In this document: piece after piece, positions 5,373-7,460 of the stretch | Layout of the letters: each line of letters starts with the position of its first letter | How positions within the stretch are numbered: position 1 is the first letter of the stretch | NCBI RefSeq assembly: GCF_020969955.1 | Contig: NZ_JAHDSX010000071.1 | Coordinates: 1-7,460 of the forward strand | DNA: 7,460 nucleotides | Direction: 5' to 3' | DNA from: Allobaculum fili | GTDB lineage: Bacteria; Bacillota_I; Bacilli_A; Erysipelotrichales; Erysipelotrichaceae | Notes under the pieces: model-generated | Database searches by the model: none | Seen by the model: only the letters and a program-made list of their open reading frames with translations | Told to the model about the DNA's origin: nothing | Translations under genes and position numbers: made by a program

Positions 5373-7136
5373 ATGACCGACCAGGAAAAACTGAATTCAA
5401 TCCTTCAAAACGGAGAGCATCTTACTCTAGAATGTAAGAAAGCAGCCAATGAGATCCCGAAAGATTTATGGGAAACGTACTCATCTTTTGCCAATACGCA
5501 TGGAGGCACTATTTTATTAGGAATTGAAGAAAACCTTAAAGAATTCGACAGAGCCAAGCGATTTACCGTTCTAGGTGTTTCGAATCCAAACAAAAGGAAA
5601 AAAGAATTCTGGGACACTATGAATGGAGAAAAAGTCAGCGCAAATATTCTTCTGGATCAGGATGTCCAGATCCTGAATATTGACGACAAGTCCGTTCTGC
5701 AGATCGATATTCCTCGCGCGTCCTATCACTTTCGTCCGGTTTATATTAACGGAAATCCCTTTAAAGGAACCTTTCGGCGCAATTACGAAGGCGATTACCA
5801 CTGTTCCGAAGATGAAGTGCGATCGATGCTTCAGGACAGTTCGGATCAAGGGCTGGATGGAGCCGTGCTAGAAGGGTATACGATGGCGGATATCGACCTC
5901 AATTCACTCCATGCTTACCGAAATGAATTTGAGGTACAGAACCGAGGACATATCTTTAATACATACTCCGATGAGGATTTTATTCTGCATATTGGAGGAT
6001 TTGCCAGAAACAGACAAACCGGCCAGGAGTTTCTGACCGAAGCCGGCTTGCTTATGTTTGGAAAAGGTCTTTCCATTCGAGAACGCTTCAGCGCTCTCTT
6101 TATGGATTATCTGAATCAGGCGAAGATGATGCCTGGTCAGCGCTGGTCCGATCGCCTGACAATCGACGGCCAATGGGAAAACAATCTGTACACTTTCGTA
6201 CATCTAATCCTGCCCCGCCTGACCAGAGATCTGCCAGCACCGTTTCAGCTTGACGGGATGACCCGGGTAGATGATACCGATACCCATAAAGCGATTCGAG
6301 AAGCAGTGATCAATATGGTCATTCATGCCAATTACAGAACCAGCGGATCCCTTAGAGTCGTCCGATATGAAGACAATCTGCTTTTTTCAAATCCTGGAAA
6401 CCTGAAAATCCCAGTAAGTGAAATTTTTAAAGGAGGCCATACGTCAGCCCGAAATCCGAAAATACAGCAGATGTTTCGAATGATCGGCTTATGCGACAAT
6501 ATTGGATCGGGTATTCCAACCATACTGAAGATCTGGAAAGAAAAAGGATGGCAAGAGCCGGATCTCTATGACAATGTCACCCTGCAGCAAGTGGAATTAC
6601 GGCTATGGCTGACCGCAGGACTCTCAAGCAATACCGAAAAAGATTTGATCAACCGCTTAGGACCGAATGTCTTTCACTCGTTATCTGAGAACGAAAAAAT
6701 GATTCTATCCATCGCTCTAAATGAAAAACAGGTAACCGTTCGGCGCATGGAACCTGTTTTAAAACTCGACCCGGTGGAAATTTCTTCTCTGCTTCAGGAA
6801 TTGACCGCTCAAAAGATTTTAATCTGTCATCAGCAGCACCGTTCTTCCTTCTATACCTTCAACGAGAATCTCATATCCAATCGCGATACAGATACTACTC
6901 CACCAACAGTGCCCGATTCCGAAAGCGCCACGAACACCGACATGAATACGACGGATCATGCGATTCTGGCTCTGTTTTCTCGATACGAAACTTTGACTCT
7001 AGTCCAGATCTGTGACGAAATTGATTCGCTCAATACAGTACAAAGTGCATCTAAAGCCGCAAATCGCCTGGTTAAAATGAATCTGATTTCCAAAGGAAAG
7101 GCTGGCCGAAAAGTCGTCTTCAGAAAAAAATCCTGA
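5373..7136 (+). CDS. AlbA_2 (Schlafen-like) / HATPase_c_4 (RecG C-terminal-like) domain protein with two C-terminal winged-helix regions. This is a COG2865-type putative DNA-binding regulator, a family often mis-annotated as ATP-dependent DNA helicase RecG
   Basis: 587 aa with a strong RBS. The N-terminus GEHLTLECKKAANEIPKDLWETYSSFANTHGGTILLGIEE matches the AlbA_2 signature (E..lEfK ... AfAN..GG.l..Gv). The middle, REAVINMVIHANYRTSGSLRVVRYEDNLLFSNPGNL...SARNPKIQQMFRMIGLCDNIGSGIPTILKIWKEKGWQEPDL, matches the HATPase_c_4 pattern (RE...NA..HrDY ... i.N.PG ... RNP ... E..GsGi..i). The C-terminal ~150 aa hold two wHTH-like segments (LSENEKMILSIAL...LLQELTAQKIL and ILALFSRYETLTLVQICDEI...NRLVKMNLISKGKAGRKVVF) separated by a T/D/P-rich linker. 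Domain calls are from memory of the Pfam family patterns, not a search. Confidence 0.9.
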   Translation: MTDQEKLNSILQNGEHLTLECKKAANEIPKDLWETYSSFANTHGGTILLGIEENLKEFDRAKRFTVLGVSNPNKRKKEFWDTMNGEKVSANILLDQDVQILNIDDKSVLQIDIPRASYHFRPVYINGNPFKGTFRRNYEGDYHCSEDEVRSMLQDSSDQGLDGAVLEGYTMADIDLNSLHAYRNEFEVQNRGHIFNTYSDEDFILHIGGFARNRQTGQEFLTEAGLLMFGKGLSIRERFSALFMDYLNQAKMMPGQRWSDRLTIDGQWENNLYTFVHLILPRLTRDLPAPFQLDGMTRVDDTDTHKAIREAVINMVIHANYRTSGSLRVVRYEDNLLFSNPGNLKIPVSEIFKGGHTSARNPKIQQMFRMIGLCDNIGSGIPTILKIWKEKGWQEPDLYDNVTLQQVELRLWLTAGLSSNTEKDLINRLGPNVFHSLSENEKMILSIALNEKQVTVRRMEPVLKLDPVEISSLLQELTAQKILICHQQHRSSFYTFNENLISNRDTDTTPPTVPDSESATNTDMNTTDHAILALFSRYETLTLVQICDEIDSLNTVQSASKAANRLVKMNLISKGKAGRKVVFRKKS

Positions 7137-7158
7137 AAACGCTCTTCCCAATAAAACG

Positions 7159-7203
7159 AAAAAACCCCCGAAAGATATTGGATCTCTCCTTTATCCTTCG
7201 GGG
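7159..7203. terminator. Bidirectional terminator (copy 3 of the hairpin family) shared by the rRNA operon (-) and the COG2865-type gene (+)
   Basis: The minus strand reads CCCCGAAGGATA-AAGGAGAGATCCAA-TATCTTTCGGGG (7203..7166) followed by GTTTTTTCGTTTT. It starts 10 nt after the 5S 3' end. On the + strand the A/C mismatch (7173/7196) weakens the stem, but ATTTCATTTT follows. The + gene stops at 7136. Confidence 0.8.
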
Positions 7204-7213
7204 ATTTCATTTT

Positions 7214-7321
7214 GTCTGGCAGCTTCCTATCTTTGCCTTGCGGCTATTGTCGGCGTTCTGCAGCTTAACGGCCGGGTTCGATATGTTTCCGGGTGTATCC
7301 TGCAGGCTATCGCCACCATAC
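7214..7321 (-). rRNA. rrf: 5S ribosomal RNA (short, about 108 nt)
   Basis: The minus strand reads GTATGGTGGCGATAGCCTGCAGGATACACCCGGAAACATATCGAACCCGGCCGTTAAGCTGCAGAACGCCGACAATAGCCGCAAGGCAAAGATAGGAAGCTGCCAGAC. It carries the conserved 5S blocks GGTGGCGATAGC, ACACCCG, CGAAC.CGG..GTTAAGC and GCCGA. The terminal helix TGGTGGC/GCTGCCA pairs with two G-U pairs. Ends are accurate to about 3 nt. Confidence 0.93.
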
Positions 7322-7434
7322 ATTAGATTTTTCGAATGGATCTTCCAAAAACAAACATCAGTCTTCCAACATAACGATCTAACGCGATCGTTGGTTTCGT
7401 AGTGGCTTCTTGCGTATAGCTTTCTCGAATCTTA

Positions 7435-7460
7435 GATTAAGCTTTCGACCGATTAGTACT
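7435..7460 (-). rRNA. rrl: 3'-terminal ~26 nt of a 23S rRNA gene (partial, continues beyond the window)
   Basis: The minus strand reads AGTACTAATCGGTCGAAAGCTTAATC. This resembles the conserved 23S 3' end as I remember it for Bacillus (…GATACTAATCGATCGAGGACTTAACC). It lies 113 nt upstream of the 5S gene in the expected 23S-5S order. The spacer (7322..7434) contains the hairpin AACGATC-TAACGC-GATCGTT (7373..7392). Confidence 0.7.

Noticed and set aside
6956-7402. ORFs 6956..7210(-) and 7178..7402(+).
   Set aside because: The first is antisense to the 3' end of the COG2865-type gene and runs through the terminator. The second lies entirely on the 5S rRNA gene and the 23S-5S spacer.

Overview
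The window looks like a Bacillota-type chromosomal segment, with GGAGG/AAGGAG ribosome-binding sites and roughly 50% GC by eye. Reading left to right:
(1) About 850 bp with no convincing gene, carrying a candidate promoter that fires leftwards out of the window.
(2) A secreted glycoside hydrolase family 2 (GH2) gene at 852..3122 (+). It is split into three collinear pieces by a frame break in an A8 homopolymer and a second break near 2808..2883.
(3) A convergent MATE-family efflux transporter gene at 3385..4725 (-). Three hairpins lie in the 260-bp gap between it and the GH2 gene.
(4) A 630-bp intergenic region. It contains six tandem 21-bp repeats, each with the palindrome GTTGA-ACA-TCAAC, plus decayed copies and one inverted copy lying over the promoter of the next gene.
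(5) A 587-aa protein at 5373..7136 (+) with an AlbA_2/Schlafen-like N-terminus, a HATPase_c_4 (RecG-C-like) middle and two C-terminal winged-helix regions (COG2865-type).
(6) The tail of a minus-strand rRNA operon: a bidirectional terminator, an unusually short 5S rRNA (7214..7321), a 113-nt spacer, and the last ~26 nt of the 23S rRNA at the window edge.
The most interesting signal is the phased repeat array together with the COG2865-type gene. A second is a structured terminator-like hairpin family present three times, always in the same orientation. All calls come from reading the sequence by eye. No searches were run.
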